Assembly: GCA_039096225.1 (NCBI GenBank)
Contig: JBBPEB010000009.1
Location: forward strand, 620,001 to 684,000
Length of the DNA stretch: 64,000 nt
DNA from: Blastocystis sp. Blastoise
Taxonomy: Eukaryota; Protista; Bigyra: Opalinata
Reading direction: 5' to 3'
Shown here: piece by piece, positions 37,301-59,510 of the stretch
Layout: every line of letters starts with the position of its first letter
How positions within the stretch are numbered: the first letter of the stretch is position 1
The notes under the pieces: generated by a model
Databases searched by the model: none
What the model saw: only the letters and a program-made list of their open reading frames with translations
What the model was told of the DNA's origin: nothing
Program-made: the position numbers and the translations under genes

Positions 37301-39377
37301 GAACTATTATTACTAATAGTAATTACAGTATTCGTAGAAGAACTGAATTTAACAATATTAAATGGCGACAAAGATAATATTCTTCTAAATAAAGAAATTC
37401 TTGGTTTATTATTAATAGAATTTGTAGATTTTATATAATTACTAATAGTATTAATAATACGTTTAACAGACTTATTCAAAATAGCAGATTTTAATGCTAT
37501 ATCATCAGAAGAAAATATTCTAGAAGGAGTAGATATGCTATTAGAAGAAAAAGCACTAACAGAAGGAATTTCAGTATTATTAGTGGAAGCAGAGTTATTA
37601 GTATGAATAATAGCTTTACCGAAGATAGTAGAAACATTTGAAACATCACTATTGTTGACAACGTTATTAGCGACAGTAGTATGACCCATTAAGAGAGCAT
37701 CAATACTATCAGAAATAGGAATAGCATTATAAGCAAGAACACTTTCGTTATGAATAGTATTATTGGAAGAATAACTTGTGTTAGTTTTACTACTAATAGT
37801 ATTACTAAAGGGATCATAGCTATCAGAGGAAATAACACTCTCGGTAACACTATGTTTATCAAAAATAGGAGAAATAGAAACAAGATGATCATTATCATCA
37901 TAGATAGAGCTATCAGTTAAGATTTTAGTATTATTAGCCAACTTAAAATAATTATAGGTAACAACACAATTGGAATTAATAATACAAGGATCTGAAATAC
38001 AGCTATCAGTTAAGATTTTAGTATTATTAGCCAACTTAAAATAATTATAGGTAATAACACAATTGGAATTAATAATACAAGGATCTGAAATAGAGCTATC
38101 AGAAAGCACTGTAGTATCACTGGATGGGAAACAATCATCATGGAGAATATGATAATTAGATAGGACAAAAGCTTTAAAAGAGCCAATATGTGTATCTGAA
38201 AGAACACCATTATAAGAAATAGCAGTATTATCGAAAATAGTACGAGAATCCGAGAGAACAACATGATCACAAACAGAATGAGTAATATTATCTGTAAGGG
38301 CCATGCCAGCATAGAAAGCAAAAGTATCTGAGAGAATACAAGTACTATTAGAGGGCATAATATCATCAAAAGGAACATCATTACCATCTCCAGATGCAAC
38401 ACCGTTTAAGCAGATAGCACTATTCAATACAAAAGAAGCATTCATAATTCTAGTATTATAAGGTATGATAACGCTAACCGAACAAATAAGAGTTGCACTT
38501 GAGGATAAGGGAGCAATGAGACTTAGAGAGGTATTATTAACGGGAATATAGGTATCATTAGAGACAGAATTAGAAACACTTAGTTTGCTAATTGAAATGA
38601 TAGTACTATTACTTGGAGTAACAGTATTATTGTAGAGCCGATTAGTATTTGGACCAATCGAGTAGTATGAAGACAGGCAAGTATCACGAGAATTCCTATA
38701 AATAGAATAAATATAATTTAGATAATGATTATTAGTAAAAGAAATAAAAGATTAAAGACTAATTAAAAGAACATACGTTAAATTAACTTGCTGTCTAGTG
38801 GATAATTGGAAGCAATCTCGATAGTGGCAATAGATAGAGAGATCTATATATGTGTATACTGGCTTATAACACATAACTATAGAAAACTCATCATAACCAT
38901 CAAAAAGAAAGCGACCAACATCGTAAGCAGCCAACAAGGACAAGGTATCTTGGCTTAAATAAGACATCTTGTCGTTGTATAAATCATTCAAAAATGACCG
39001 GTTGAAGGCACTCAACGCTTTAACTTTACACATCTATATAAAATGGCAATTATGATAATTATATTAAAAAATATAAACAATAATTATAAAAAATATAATG
39101 AATAGACCAGTTATAATAAAACAAGAAAACAAGAAAACATAAAAACAAAGGTATATAATGGGGTCATACAATGATTTCACTGAAGGATACATCATAATCC
39201 GCGAGGTTTCGGTTTTTCGGTGCGTGTTGAGAAACACGTGAGTCGCCAAAGACCGTATCGAAGAACGGAAAGAAAGAATGTACCTAAATAGTAGAGAGTA
39301 TAATAATAAAAACCTACTTCAGTAGGAAGTATCATTAGTTGGAAAGTAACTAACAAAGCAAAGACCAGGTTAACCAT
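30751..39377 (-). CDS. Giant (~2770 aa) predicted type I membrane protein with signal peptide, Cys-containing 24-aa tandem repeats, one TM helix and an Asn/Asp/Ile-rich tail; 4 exons
   Basis: MVNLVFALLVTFQLMILPTE|VHSFF..SEII|MCKV..VNLT|..NSRDTC splices in frame into the 2564-aa ORF. TM-like segment GILVISTLFLVLVICDIC precedes RR. Confidence 0.75.
36244..37192 (-). repeat. 72-bp coding tandem repeat, 13 copies (TDPCKIDDNIFNIDN[L/F]ICINNITY)
   Basis: CAAGGATCAGT recurs every 72 nt from 36317 to 37181. Copies differ mainly at one L/F codon. Confidence 0.95.
37905..38100 (-). repeat. 93-bp coding tandem duplication (ISDPCIINSNCV[I/V]TYNYFKLANNTKILTDS x2)
   Basis: Direct repeat seen in both DNA and protein. 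Confidence 0.85.
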
Positions 39378-40739
39378 TAGGATCACAAGAATGAAGAGCA
39401 GGCAAAAGTTGACTAATTATTGTATTCAATGGTGTGGGGTTACTAATGTTGATTCATAATTAATTAGAAAAATGTACTGTGAATTGAAGAATAATCGTGA
39501 AGAACGAATTCTGACGTAATTGTTATCATTAATAGTTCCATCATAATTTCCTTGGGATTTTTCTTATGCTTATTCTGTTTTCGGTAGGTAAATTGTTGGA
39601 AAATAAAATAAAATAAATAGAAAATCAGAATTTATACAAGAAATATGAGAGAAACCCATGAGAATATAAACTATTCTTTAAGTGAATTATATCTTGGTAT
39701 AGTTTTTGTAGACTTGATTCATTCGATTTATATAATGTTTGAATAACAAGCAATTATCTATACACCCAGGAATACTTATGATGGTTTTAAACGGTTTATG
39801 AATGACATCTATTCTTATTTCATTATGGTATATTGCAATGATTTATAAGTATCATAACTTGAGCACCCACAGATTTATACTTCGAAAGCATATTTATTTG
39901 AATCTAACAATAATTAAACTGTAATTCCATTAAATCATTATCAATGCACCTTTTATGAGTATCAACACTGATCATACTACTAATTAACAGTAAATATAAA
40001 AATCACAGTGCTTATAAGGTCTTCACAAAATCATACCATTCAATGTTATTTATTCATAAAATATAATATATATACACGCCAGTTAGTCAATTTCTTTGAG
40101 CAAAAAAGATTCTGGACTATTATCCTCTTGTATAGAATTATCTAGACATAACAATGAACATTATTATTAAATAAAATTATTTACCATTTTATCATTCACA
40201 AGTCATTTAAAATAAAAAGAATGGAATGGACTGCCCAGAATGATAACGCTAAGTTCTACTAAGTGATCATTAATTTCTTAGTTTAGCATTTTTCTGCTTA
40301 CTTTTAGTACCTACAAACTTCTAATACTTTAAAATTTAAATAAATATGTAGTATACTATAAATAAAACGAATAACGACAAATGGATGATGACTATTGTAA
40401 TATATATAATAGTAATGCAAATCATTAGGCAAAGGCAATTTTATTATAAACATTAAGTAAAATTTAGTAAATAAACATCTTGCTTTCAATGATATGATTA
40501 GAAGATTTATATTTCAGAACTTTTATTCAAATACTTAATATCACTTTAAGAGTAACCATAAAATGGCTTTGTTGTTTTCACTGTTCTTTCTCAAATAATA
40601 CTAAGGATTCATAATATAACCATGGGAATCAAAAAGGGATATTTTTTAATGAAGACCTTCCTTTTCTTTTTGTGTTTTGTTCTGAATATAAAAAAAAAAT
40701 ACCTATTTCCCACCACATTGTTAGGTTTTGTCTGAAACA

Positions 40740-43327
<2,588 letters not shown>

Positions 43328-44192
43328 TTCACGTGTTCTCTTATTCTATTTCTTTCTTTTTTTCTTTTTGTTTTCATGTTATTTTTTCATTTTTTTTCTA
43401 TTTTTCTAATTTTTTCTCGTTTTCTTGTTTTTTAATTTTTGGGGTTCGTTTATCTCATTATATATATATAATTTCGTAATTTATCTCTTTTTCAACATAC
43501 ATATATATATGTTTTTTCTTTAATAATACTTTTCTATGTATCTATCTATATTGATGTTTTTATTTTTTATATATTATATTATATAGATAGTTTTAAATTG
43601 TCATTTATTTTTTTTTTTCATTATAATATAAACTGTTTTTTAAGACCAATATCTTAGTGAGACTTATATATATATGTTTATTTATTTATTTATGTCTTTC
43701 TCCTTATGTATATATAGTAAACATTTCATATAAACTTTTTATTTCTTAGTAGAATTAAACTATTTATATCTTTCTATTTTATTTGTTTAGTTTTATATAC
43801 TTTAAATATTAAATTTATGTATCATATTATATATATATGCTTTAAAGAATATTTATGAATATAGAAACAAGAAAAACATATATATCGAATACAGAAAGAT
43901 GCTAATTTACATGAATGTATATATATATATATATATATAAGAGAAAGAGTATTTCATAATTATATATATTAGAATAAAAAGGGGATATAAAATAATATAA
44001 TTTGAACACTATGAAAAAGAAACATATATTTTTAAAAACTAGAAGAAATACATATATAATTACTAGCAATATAGTAATTCATACATATATATACTCAATA
44101 AACTATTTTAAAAAATTAAAAACAAAGAAAATCAAATAACAGGCGTTCAAATAAAAAAAAATAGTATAGTAAAATAATAATACATATATATA

Positions 44193-49107
<4,915 letters not shown>

Positions 49108-49557
49108 TCTTAAAAAACGAAAATATGAAAAGAGAAATTGATATTTGGATTTTTCTTTTAAGAAAACTATCTATTTTTAATTAAAAATATTGAATTGTAA
49201 AGTTTATTTATGAAATATGTTTGTATAATATTAAAAAAAAGATTTTTATTGTTATGATACATTTATGAAATAATGTATATATTTGTTTGTTGAAAATGAT
49301 GTCCATTAGTTTTGGTATCATACTATCGTTATTAAAAATCAAAAAATCTTTATCGTTTTGTGTTTGAAGGAAAAAATGTAGAATAGAGAATAAGAAAATA
49401 CTTAAAACAATGATACAGCACTAAACTAATTGATTGAAAAACACTTTATTACGCAATACAAGAAATGAAAAACAATGAACAAAACTGAAAAATGAAGAAA
49501 TTAAAATGAGAAAAAAAAATAAGAATAAAAAAAGGTAAAAATAATTTATAAATGTCT

Positions 49558-52500
49558 TTAATCTTGCGAAAAGAAAGTACATTCTCCATTAGTATTGACC
49601 GATGCTAGGCAATTTGTTTCTCTTGAATAGTCAATAGTTAAAATAGATCCTAATTCTCTTGATAAAAGTCCATAATGACTAGTAATCGTTTGCATATTTG
49701 TTCCATCATAACTCCAAATACTGATTGTACTATTTAAAGAACTAGTAGCAAAATAAGGTAGAATAGGGTGTAGTTTAAAATCAGTTAAAGAAGGATTTGT
49801 TTGAAATGTATTCACAATTTTATTTGTTCTTAAATCAACAGTATCAACAGCACCACTATAATGTGCTATATAAGCTAGATGTGTAGAAGAAATACCGCAT
49901 TTCACTATAGGGCTTTGATTATCATATTGTTGGATAATTTGTACATTTCGTTCACGAATATCATAAGCTAATAAAGAAGCTAGATTTGTGTAGAAATAAC
50001 GAGGATCTGAATTATTGACATCTAATGAAGTTAATTGATAATGAGAAGTAATATCAAATTTAGTATAGAGTTGTTGACTATTAAAATCAACAATTTTAAT
50101 ATATTTTGATTGACCTCCTGCAATTAAGTATCCTCTAGATTGATCAAATTTAATTAAATGTCGTTTTAAATAAATAGGAGAATTTTCATAATTACGATTA
50201 AAACTTGGGAATAATGAGAAAGAAGATAATAAATGTACTTTACGACTTTTGTCTTTTAAAGCTGATTTCCATATATATATAGTACCATTACCTCTTGCTT
50301 CTGCTAATAAAGGATCATTACTATTATTAATCCATTCAATTCCTGTTGTTTGTACTTTATTATGAGTTAAAGTATAACTTAAAGATCCTGAAGAAATATT
50401 AAAAGAAGTTATACTGGATAAGGAACCAGTCTATACATATATATTATTATTCTTATTTGAATATGTAATAAATAAAATAATAATAAAATAATAATTAATA
50501 AAATAATAATAAATAAAATAATAATATATATAAATAATAATATATATAAATAATAATAAAATAATAATAAATAAAATAATAATAAATATAATAATTAATA
50601 AATAAAATAATTAATAAATAAAATAATAAATAAAATAATAAATAAAATAATAAACAAAATAATAAATAACTATATATATATACTAGTACAAGGGGAGCAG
50701 AAGGGTGAAATTTGATACACGTGATCGGAACATCTTTTCGAATCCAGCATATTCTTTCTTTTAATGGTTTATAAATAGATTTTTGTTGCGCTACAGTCAT
50801 ATTTTGTAGACGTGTATCTTTAATATAAGGAATAAGAGATTCATAAGGATCTTCAATAGCTTCACTATCATTTCCATTATTCGATATAATATCAATATTA
50901 ACAGAGAAGAGTGTTGTAGGTAGAGAAAGTAGAGTTAATTGTTGTTCTAGCCATTGATCTGTAATAATAGAAGGAGTAGTAGGAGCAGATAATAAATCAT
51001 GAGATAAATCATAATTACCAAAAGTTGAACTACTAAATTGAGACATAGCTAGAGGAGGAGGTAATAAGAAAGGATCTGATTCTTTTTCAGCTGTTTTCAG
51101 ATCTTCTGGAATTGTATTTGTATCACAATATAAAGATTTCGTAGTTTCATTAAAAGGATATAATTGAATAACATTATCTTTGATATAGTTCATAAATGAA
51201 TATATAGATTTTGATAATAATGAAATTGGTTCTTCTAATAATAATCCTTTTAAATTAACCCAATTTTCTATATAGAAACTTGGTTTTAATTGAATAACTT
51301 CTTCTTTCGATAAAGGAGACATCGCTGATAAATGTTTTACTATTTCATTATCATCTTCATAACAATCACATAAAGCACTAGCTATTGATAAGGAATGATT
51401 TTGTTCCAACGAAGGAACACGTTCTATAAATCGAATGCAATAAATTAAACGAGCTCTATGTACAGGCTGTATAAACACTTTTAATATAAATCTTAAATAT
51501 TCTCTTCTTACTAATGAACTTAATTCTGAACGTATATATAATGTATTTGATACTTCTCTTAATAAAGAAATATCAAATTGAATAGAAGAATCATTTTGTT
51601 TTAATAATAATTCCATATCATTTAATTGTAAGGGTGTTTCTATAGATATATACATTTGTTGAGAACTACTCATAAGGGAATTCATAGGATTATTCGAAAG
51701 AGGAGAGAAAGGAGATAGAGAAGGCTTTGTAGAATAAGAAGATATACTATTATCATTATAACCTATAAATAATCCTAATAAATATAAAGAAGCAGCACGT
51801 ACTTCAGGATCTCCATTAGTTAATAAATTTAATACTATGCGTATACATTCTTTATCAATTAATTTCTGTTTTGCTGTTTTATTACCATCTATTAATTGTG
51901 TTAAAAATAATAAACACCATTTTTGTATTTTAGGATGTTGAAATTCAATTAATTTTAATGTATATTTATGTATATCTGATTCTATACATCGAAATTGCAA
52001 GCCTGATGATTGATGACAACATAAAGCAAAGAATATTAATACACTACAAGCATCAGCTACAATTAAAGAATTATATTGTTTACTTATTGTATCCATCTGT
52101 TGTTCATAATTAATAAAAGCATCTTCAAAAGAAGTAGAATTCGAATCCTCTCCTAAGGATTGTAATTGATTCTTTTTATTCTCTTCATTTAATAATTGAT
52201 ATGATTTTTTAATACTATTCACAAAGAATGAAATCGTTCGACTATTATTGAAATCACTTTGATAAGTATAATCATATAAAAGTATTCTTGACCATATAGT
52301 AAGAAGATATGTATTGGGTTGATCAAATTGTTGAATAGATCGTAAGAGATAGGTATATATACCAGTAGATAATAATAATTCTACAGCTTCAGGTCCTTGT
52401 AATGTATATTTAGATATAAGAGGAAGAACATTATCTTTATCGGATCCTAAGAATATTTGATATAACATAGGAAGCTGAGATGGCTCTATTGTTGTATGAC

Positions 52501-53622
52501 TCTTATATAATGGAAACTATAGATAGAGGAATAGAATTAGTATAATAAATGTAATAGGATATGATATAATAGAATAATAAATAGAATAATAAATAGAAAA
52601 ATAAATATAATATAATATAATATAATAATAAATATATACTTCTAGTTCGAACATTCTCATTTGGTCTTCAAAGAATGTTGTTTTGAAATCAAAGTTATTG
52701 ACATTAAGAGGGTTTAGAGGGTCTACAATAGGTATACTCTTATGTATAACGGCTGTGGCATTAAATTGATAGAAGAAATCATCTAATACAGACCACCATG
52801 TCTATATATATATATATGTTTATATTTATATGCTTATATAAATATGTGTTTATATATAAAGAAGAAATTATAATGAATGATATATATATATAATATATAT
52901 ACATTCCAAAGTGGATGTTTTGACGTATTTTCAAGAGTGGGACGAGATACAGGAGTAATATCTAACCATCCAAGAATATTCTATATAAATATATATAATA
53001 AATATATATAATAAACATAAATATAATGAATATAAATAATAAATAGAAAAATAATGAGTATAGAAACAATAAATATAACAAATAAATATAACAAATAAAA
53101 CATACTTGAGCTAATAAGAAGTTTCTGAATAGAGTAGCAGTGACTTCATCTTGTCTATATAACATTCTATATTTAGAGCATTCAGTACAGTCCCAAGCAA
53201 TAGTATCAGTTATACTCTCAAATATCCATTGTAACTTACCTAAAGGAGTATCTCGTAATTTCTATATATAATATAATATAATATAATATAATATAATATA
53301 ATACAATAAAAAACTATATATCAACACTAAGACAATAATATAGTGAAATACATTTATATATAATAATAATAAAAAAAAAATAATAATATACATTTCAATA
53401 AATATAACTATATATATATAACCTACAAGATCTCCGGGAAGGAAGAGAAAGATATCATCATTATTTTGAAAGGATTGATCATAATAAGAAGGATGATTTG
53501 GTTCTCTGAATGTCTTTAATATAGAGCAATACCACCGTATACACATATGAATAGGAGTAGTTAAACAAGCAGTAAATATATCCACTGGAAGACATGCTAA
53601 TGTAGGTAATTTCTGATCAGCA

Positions 53623-53663
<41 letters not shown>

Positions 53664-53922
53664 GAATAATAATCATAATAAGAAAAGAAGATATATAAAA
53701 AAAAGAAAGAAATATGTAATTATTGAAAAAGAATATTCTATATAGAGAATATACCACAAGCAGCGAGTACAAGAATAGATTCATCATTTTCATGATTTTG
53801 TTCTTCGATTTCATTAAAATGAGACAATAATAATCCTGCGTTATTACAATCAAATACATATAAACACGGAGGATGCAACCAAGACTATATATATAATAAT
53901 AAACATAATAAACATAATAAAC

Positions 53923-53998
<76 letters not shown>

Positions 53999-55177
53999 TA
54001 TACATTGAGTACATAAATAGAAATAGGCATATATTCATTATACTTTGAATTAAATACCCATATTTCACCTCCAGGAGTAGGATCTGGAACACCATGACCG
54101 TTATAATGAAAAACTAAACGGCCAGAGACAATATCATCACTATCTTGGCCACGAATCTTCTTACAATTTGTTTCCATTACTTCAATACTAGGATCAATTA
54201 ATTGTTTTATATGTATCTATATATAAATTATTATATAGTATATAAATTATACTATATAGACATATAGAATATACTATATTATATAGAATATACAATATTA
54301 TATATAAACTATACAATATTATATATAAACTATACAATATTATATATAATATACTATATTATATATAAACTATACTATATTATATAAACTATACTATATT
54401 ATATATATAAATTATTATATAGTTATCTAGATTATAATAAATATAGAAACCTTTTGTAGTGCTTTTCCAAAGCTTTCATATTGCCGCTGAAGACGTCTAC
54501 CAATATATAATACTGCTTTTTCTGCTGTCTCGAAGACATAGGGATCTATTAATTATATAGAGAGTATATTGATTATAGATATAAATGAATAGTTTATCAA
54601 TCATATATATATATAAACATATAATATATTTATCATAAATAACGTATCAATTATAAATATATATAAATAACAAATATCATTTGAATAAATGATAAAAGAG
54701 TAGTGAACATACCATACCAACATTCTTCGACAGCACATACTTCCGGTTTAACAACTCCAGGAGGAGGTATACCGACATTCAAACATATAGTTAATACTAT
54801 TATACTTGTTCGAATCTATATAAAAAAATATATAAAAATATGAACAAAATAAAAAACTTGTTTTTTATAGTGAAACATTAGACTATTGAATACCTTCTTC
54901 TTTGATTTATATCTTGGACGATCTAAGGAAGGCTTTGGTACAGGTGTTGGCTTAACATTGAAGAATAACGAAGAAAAACGAGGATCAGAAAAATAACTAA
55001 TCATAATAAATAAACACTAAGATAGCTTATAGATCTTACTCTCTAGAGTCTGACAGTTTGATCATATTACTGTTTGACAGCTCCTCATCATAGGAATCTC
55101 TATACATGAAACGAAATGAACTCTATTAAATAAAAACGAGTTTCATACTTTAAACCTTGAATAAATGCAGGATCCAT
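49558..55177 (-). CDS. RPTOR: Raptor / KOG1 (TORC1 scaffold): caspase-like RNC domain, ARM/HEAT repeats, WD40
   Basis: [103 protein letters not shown] and [13 protein letters not shown], followed by C-terminal WD40 repeats. Confidence 0.96.
54270..54415 (-). repeat. ~21-bp intronic minisatellite (TATATATAAACTATACAATAT-like) in Raptor
   Basis: Several degenerate tandem copies. Confidence 0.75.
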
Positions 55178-56301
55178 AACCAATGAGAACTTGGTATATA
55201 CTGATTAGAAAAAAAAGTAGGGAATCTAGTTTAATTATCTTTTGTTTTGTTATAAAGCAGTTGCCTTATCTATTCTTATTTAAAAAAAATAGATATTCAC
55301 AATTGTAAATAAACTAGAATTATATTTAAGCTTATGAATATGTAACTAGCAAATTCTATACTAACACAAAGATAATCACGATTCTATTTGATTGATTACT
55401 GATTTTTTAGAAATCCCAATGAAAATGTAGTGAGTACTATATAAGTATATTTTTTGAGAAAAAATGACGAGCTTCTTCTTAAAACACAGAACAACGAAAC
55501 AGAATTCTCTTTTCTTATCATTCTGCTGATTTGATCTGAATGAGCATTGCTTTCATGACAAAACGTTAGATTCTTGTCTGAATAGAACTGATTTTTGTAA
55601 ATGACTTTTATTTCTATGGTTCTTTTTCAAATAAGTCAGATTAGTTTTTATTTATATTCGCTCCTGACATCAAAAAATGACTTATACTAATATTTTACAA
55701 TAGATATCTTTGTTATTACATATCTGTAAAGTCTAATAGTGTCTCACTATGACCGTAAAACAATTTAAGATAACTCTGTGATAATTGTAAATCAATAATT
55801 ACAAGAAAAATAAACAATTTTCATTTTAATTATTTATTTATTGAACTCTTTTTGTTATATATATTATTCTGAACTATCTCAATTTAAATTTTCTATTTGA
55901 TAGTCATATTATTTTATTTTTGAGATGTTTTTATTCAAAGAAGGTCAATCATTCTCGAACAGCACTGAAATCATTTTCATCTATAAACTGATTGTATTGA
56001 TTCTTATTTATTAGAAAAAAGCTTGTATTCATGATGATCACGAAAAAATAAAAAATAAGGCGGGCTTTAGAAAAATAACCATGATTCCGAAAATGTGTTT
56101 TTTGGAATCATTCATTCACCATTCACTTAATTTTTCTATTTTTCAAGTCATTTTGAAAAGTACCTTTGCTGATAGTTTAAGTTAATGTAAGTGGTTTCTA
56201 TCAACTCTAGATGAGTAGAGGCTATCATACCTCCTCAGTTTTGAGCGCTTTTACAATTTTTATTTTTTTACTCATTAATTGCCTTTATAGAACTGTTAAG
56301 A

Positions 56302-57555
56302 ATGAAAGATTTTCAAAGAACTTTGTCTGCTGAACAATATGCGTCTAGAACACCTATTTGGGTCACCTTGTTCCTTTTACTCTTTGCTATTGGAAGCGTT
56401 GTATCTATTTATATTGGATTAAAACGTGGTCAAAGCTTCTACAATCTCGCTGATAATGTCTGTATGTATTTTTCTCTTTATCTATTGTTGTTCTGAGCTC
56501 TATTTATTCATTTGACTTCACATTTTTCATGTTGTTATTCTTTTTTTTTATAGACTACTCTCTTGCCATGATATTCTTGCCTTTATGTTTTGGAATCATT
56601 CTGAAGATTTTTGAATACGGTATAGTCGTCTATCAGTTCTTGGATCAGCTTTTGCACCCAGCTGAACAACCAGAACGGGAATTACCAACTCCAGACGTCT
56701 TACATCGTAAGTTTGAATCAGATGATACAAAGAATAAGCATGGTGTTATTGAAGAAGATGGTTTATACTACCGAGATGATGTTTATAAAGGCGAAGATGG
56801 CTTATGGCATTGTGATAAAGATGAACTGGATGAAGAAACACTATCATATCAGTACAATACTGGAGAATATGATAAAGAAAATGATCGACTTAATGTATTC
56901 CGATATTTCTTAGAAAATCGTTATACACAACCTCAACCCTTTCCGAACTTTGTTATTGGAAATCCTGATCGAAAATTACCACCACCACAAATCGATAAGG
57001 ATACCCGACTTGGTCCATGGATATTTGAGCGTCAAGAAGGTAAAATTGTGTTTGAGTAAGTTATTATTATTTTATTATTTTATTATTATTATATTATTAT
57101 TTTATTATTATTATATTATTATTTTATTATTATTATATTATTATTATATTATTATTTTATTATTATTTTATTATTATTTTATTATTATATTATTATTATT
57201 TTATTATTATTTTATTATTATTATTTTATTATTCATTTTTTTTAGTCATCCGTTAGAGTACAAGCGTCCAATGCAGAGCCCCTTTTCGACTTTACAATGG
57301 GATTATGAGTTATATACCCCTTGGCGTAGAGAAACTGTAAGAGCTGACTATGCGAGAAAGAAGACTAGACCGTATGATAAGAGAAATGATATGATATTTC
57401 AACATGAGCAGAAGAAGATGATTTGGGATTGGACTCAATTTGATTATAAGTCTGTTGGTCTCGATCCTGATGAATTTGTTGTTAAATATCCTAAATGGTA
57501 TCATCCTAAGTCTTTAATGCAGATTCTTGAATCGAAATGGGAATATATTGCTCCT

Positions 57556-57615
<60 letters not shown>

Positions 57616-57720
57616 GTTTATTATTATTATATTTATAGTGAACCAGATCCAGAACCAGAACCTGAACCCGTTATACCGTATACTGAACCTGAAAAAGCTT
57701 ATGCTGTATATATATATTAT

Positions 57721-57775
<55 letters not shown>

Positions 57776-57880
57776 TTCTTAAAGAAATTCGTATGGAAAA
57801 TAAAATATGTGAATTTGCTGATAATATTAAATGGAGATTAGTTAAATTTATTCGAAGTGAAATTGTATTTATTTATTTAG

Positions 57881-57943
<63 letters not shown>

Positions 57944-58553
57944 TAGAGAGCTGGCCGTATTCACTCTAGAGATCATACATATATATCCTTTCAATACTAT
58001 TTATTATATATATATATTCTATAAATAATTCAAGTGGTGTTTCTTAATGGTTAACGAGGTAGTTCGTTGTGCGCAGTTGGCTCAAGACATCAGTTTCCAT
58101 GACTTCATTTGGGATCGAGGTGGTGTCTTTGAGGGTCAGGAATGGGAAGAAGGAATGCCTACCGATACGGAAGTATACTTATAGACAATAATCTATATTC
58201 ATATACTATTTCTATATCTATATCTATAGGTCGTTATGCTTATCTTTAGTCGTTATATGGATTCACTTTCTATTAATCCCGATGAAGTTCAATTCTACCC
58301 TCGTTATATTTATAACTATGGTGAAACCATTGGAGACAAGATTGCTATTCCTTGTGATTACTCCATACGTCTTGATAACTTGAATCCTCCTCATTATAAT
58401 GTATACTACCTTAAAAATAAATGGAACTGCATTCCTGGATCATTGAATGTTTATGGTACTATTGCATTATTCTTATGGACTCTTATTATCTATAATGGAA
58501 AACAATGCTGTACTTATCAGTTACCTCAGGATATGGTTGATTTATTCAAATAA
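56302..58553 (+). CDS. TMEM209: TMEM209 / Pom34-PNET1-like nuclear envelope/pore membrane protein (start may extend to the ATG at 56211)
   Basis: Two N-terminal TM segments. C-terminal block YEVVRCAQLAQDISFHDFIWDRGGVFEGQEWEEGMPTDTEVVMLIFSRYMDS..PPHYNV...G..NVYGTIALFL matches the TMEM209 conserved region. Confidence 0.8.
57983..58055 (+). other. U12-type AT-AC intron in TMEM209
   Basis: Donor ATATCCTTT, branch point TTTCTTAAT (58040-58048), acceptor GTTAAC. Removal joins RDHTY|EVVRCAQLAQ in frame. Confidence 0.88.
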
Positions 58554-59304
58554 ATAAATATATATATATATTTAATAAAGAATGCTTTTATTTATTTTTT
58601 ATTATCTATATATATATATATATATATTTGTTGGCCTATTTTAACTCGTATATCTTTTTATATTTTTTTTATTTAATATATATATATATATATTTAATAA
58701 AGAATGCATTTATTTATTTTTTATTATCTATATATATATATATTTGTTTTTATTCTTATATCGCTTTATATTTAATATATATATATTTAATAAAGAATAC
58801 TTTTATTTATTCTTTTTTATCTATATATATATATTTGTTTATTTGTTTGCTTTATATATATTATATATTTAATTAAGTTTAATTGATTTATTCTTTTTTA
58901 TCTATATATATATTGTTTATACATATTGCTTTGTATTTTTGTTTTTCTTTTTCTCTCATTTTACTCTTTTAAAACGGTGTTATAAATATCTTGTTTTGTT
59001 TTTCTTCGTTATTAAAAACATAATATCAAATATATTATGATATAAACAACATCCTTTTCATATGAATCGTTTCTTGAAACTAGTTTAAAAATATATATAC
59101 ATTGGTTTATTATTAAATCAGTTGTTACAAAACGAAAAATAAAACAGTAATAAATATCGAACTAATACATGCAAAATTAAAAAAGCAAAGAAAACAGAAA
59201 ATTTGTTCAAAATAAAAGAACAAAATAATTGAATAAATCTAATGAAATAAAATAAAAAACGAAAGCAAATATAAAAGAGTGAAAACATTTATATATATAT
59301 AGTA

Positions 59305-59470
59305 TTATTGATGATAAAGTGTTTGAAATAGTTCGTCAATCGTTAGATCATTCTGACTTATGATTGTTTCATTGGATATTACGCTAACGGTAGCCAATGA
59401 ATAATTAATTGTGTCTTGATCTAAAAGTTCATTCCAACGTATAGATAAATCATTATAAAATGGATTCTTA

Positions 59471-59510
<40 letters not shown>

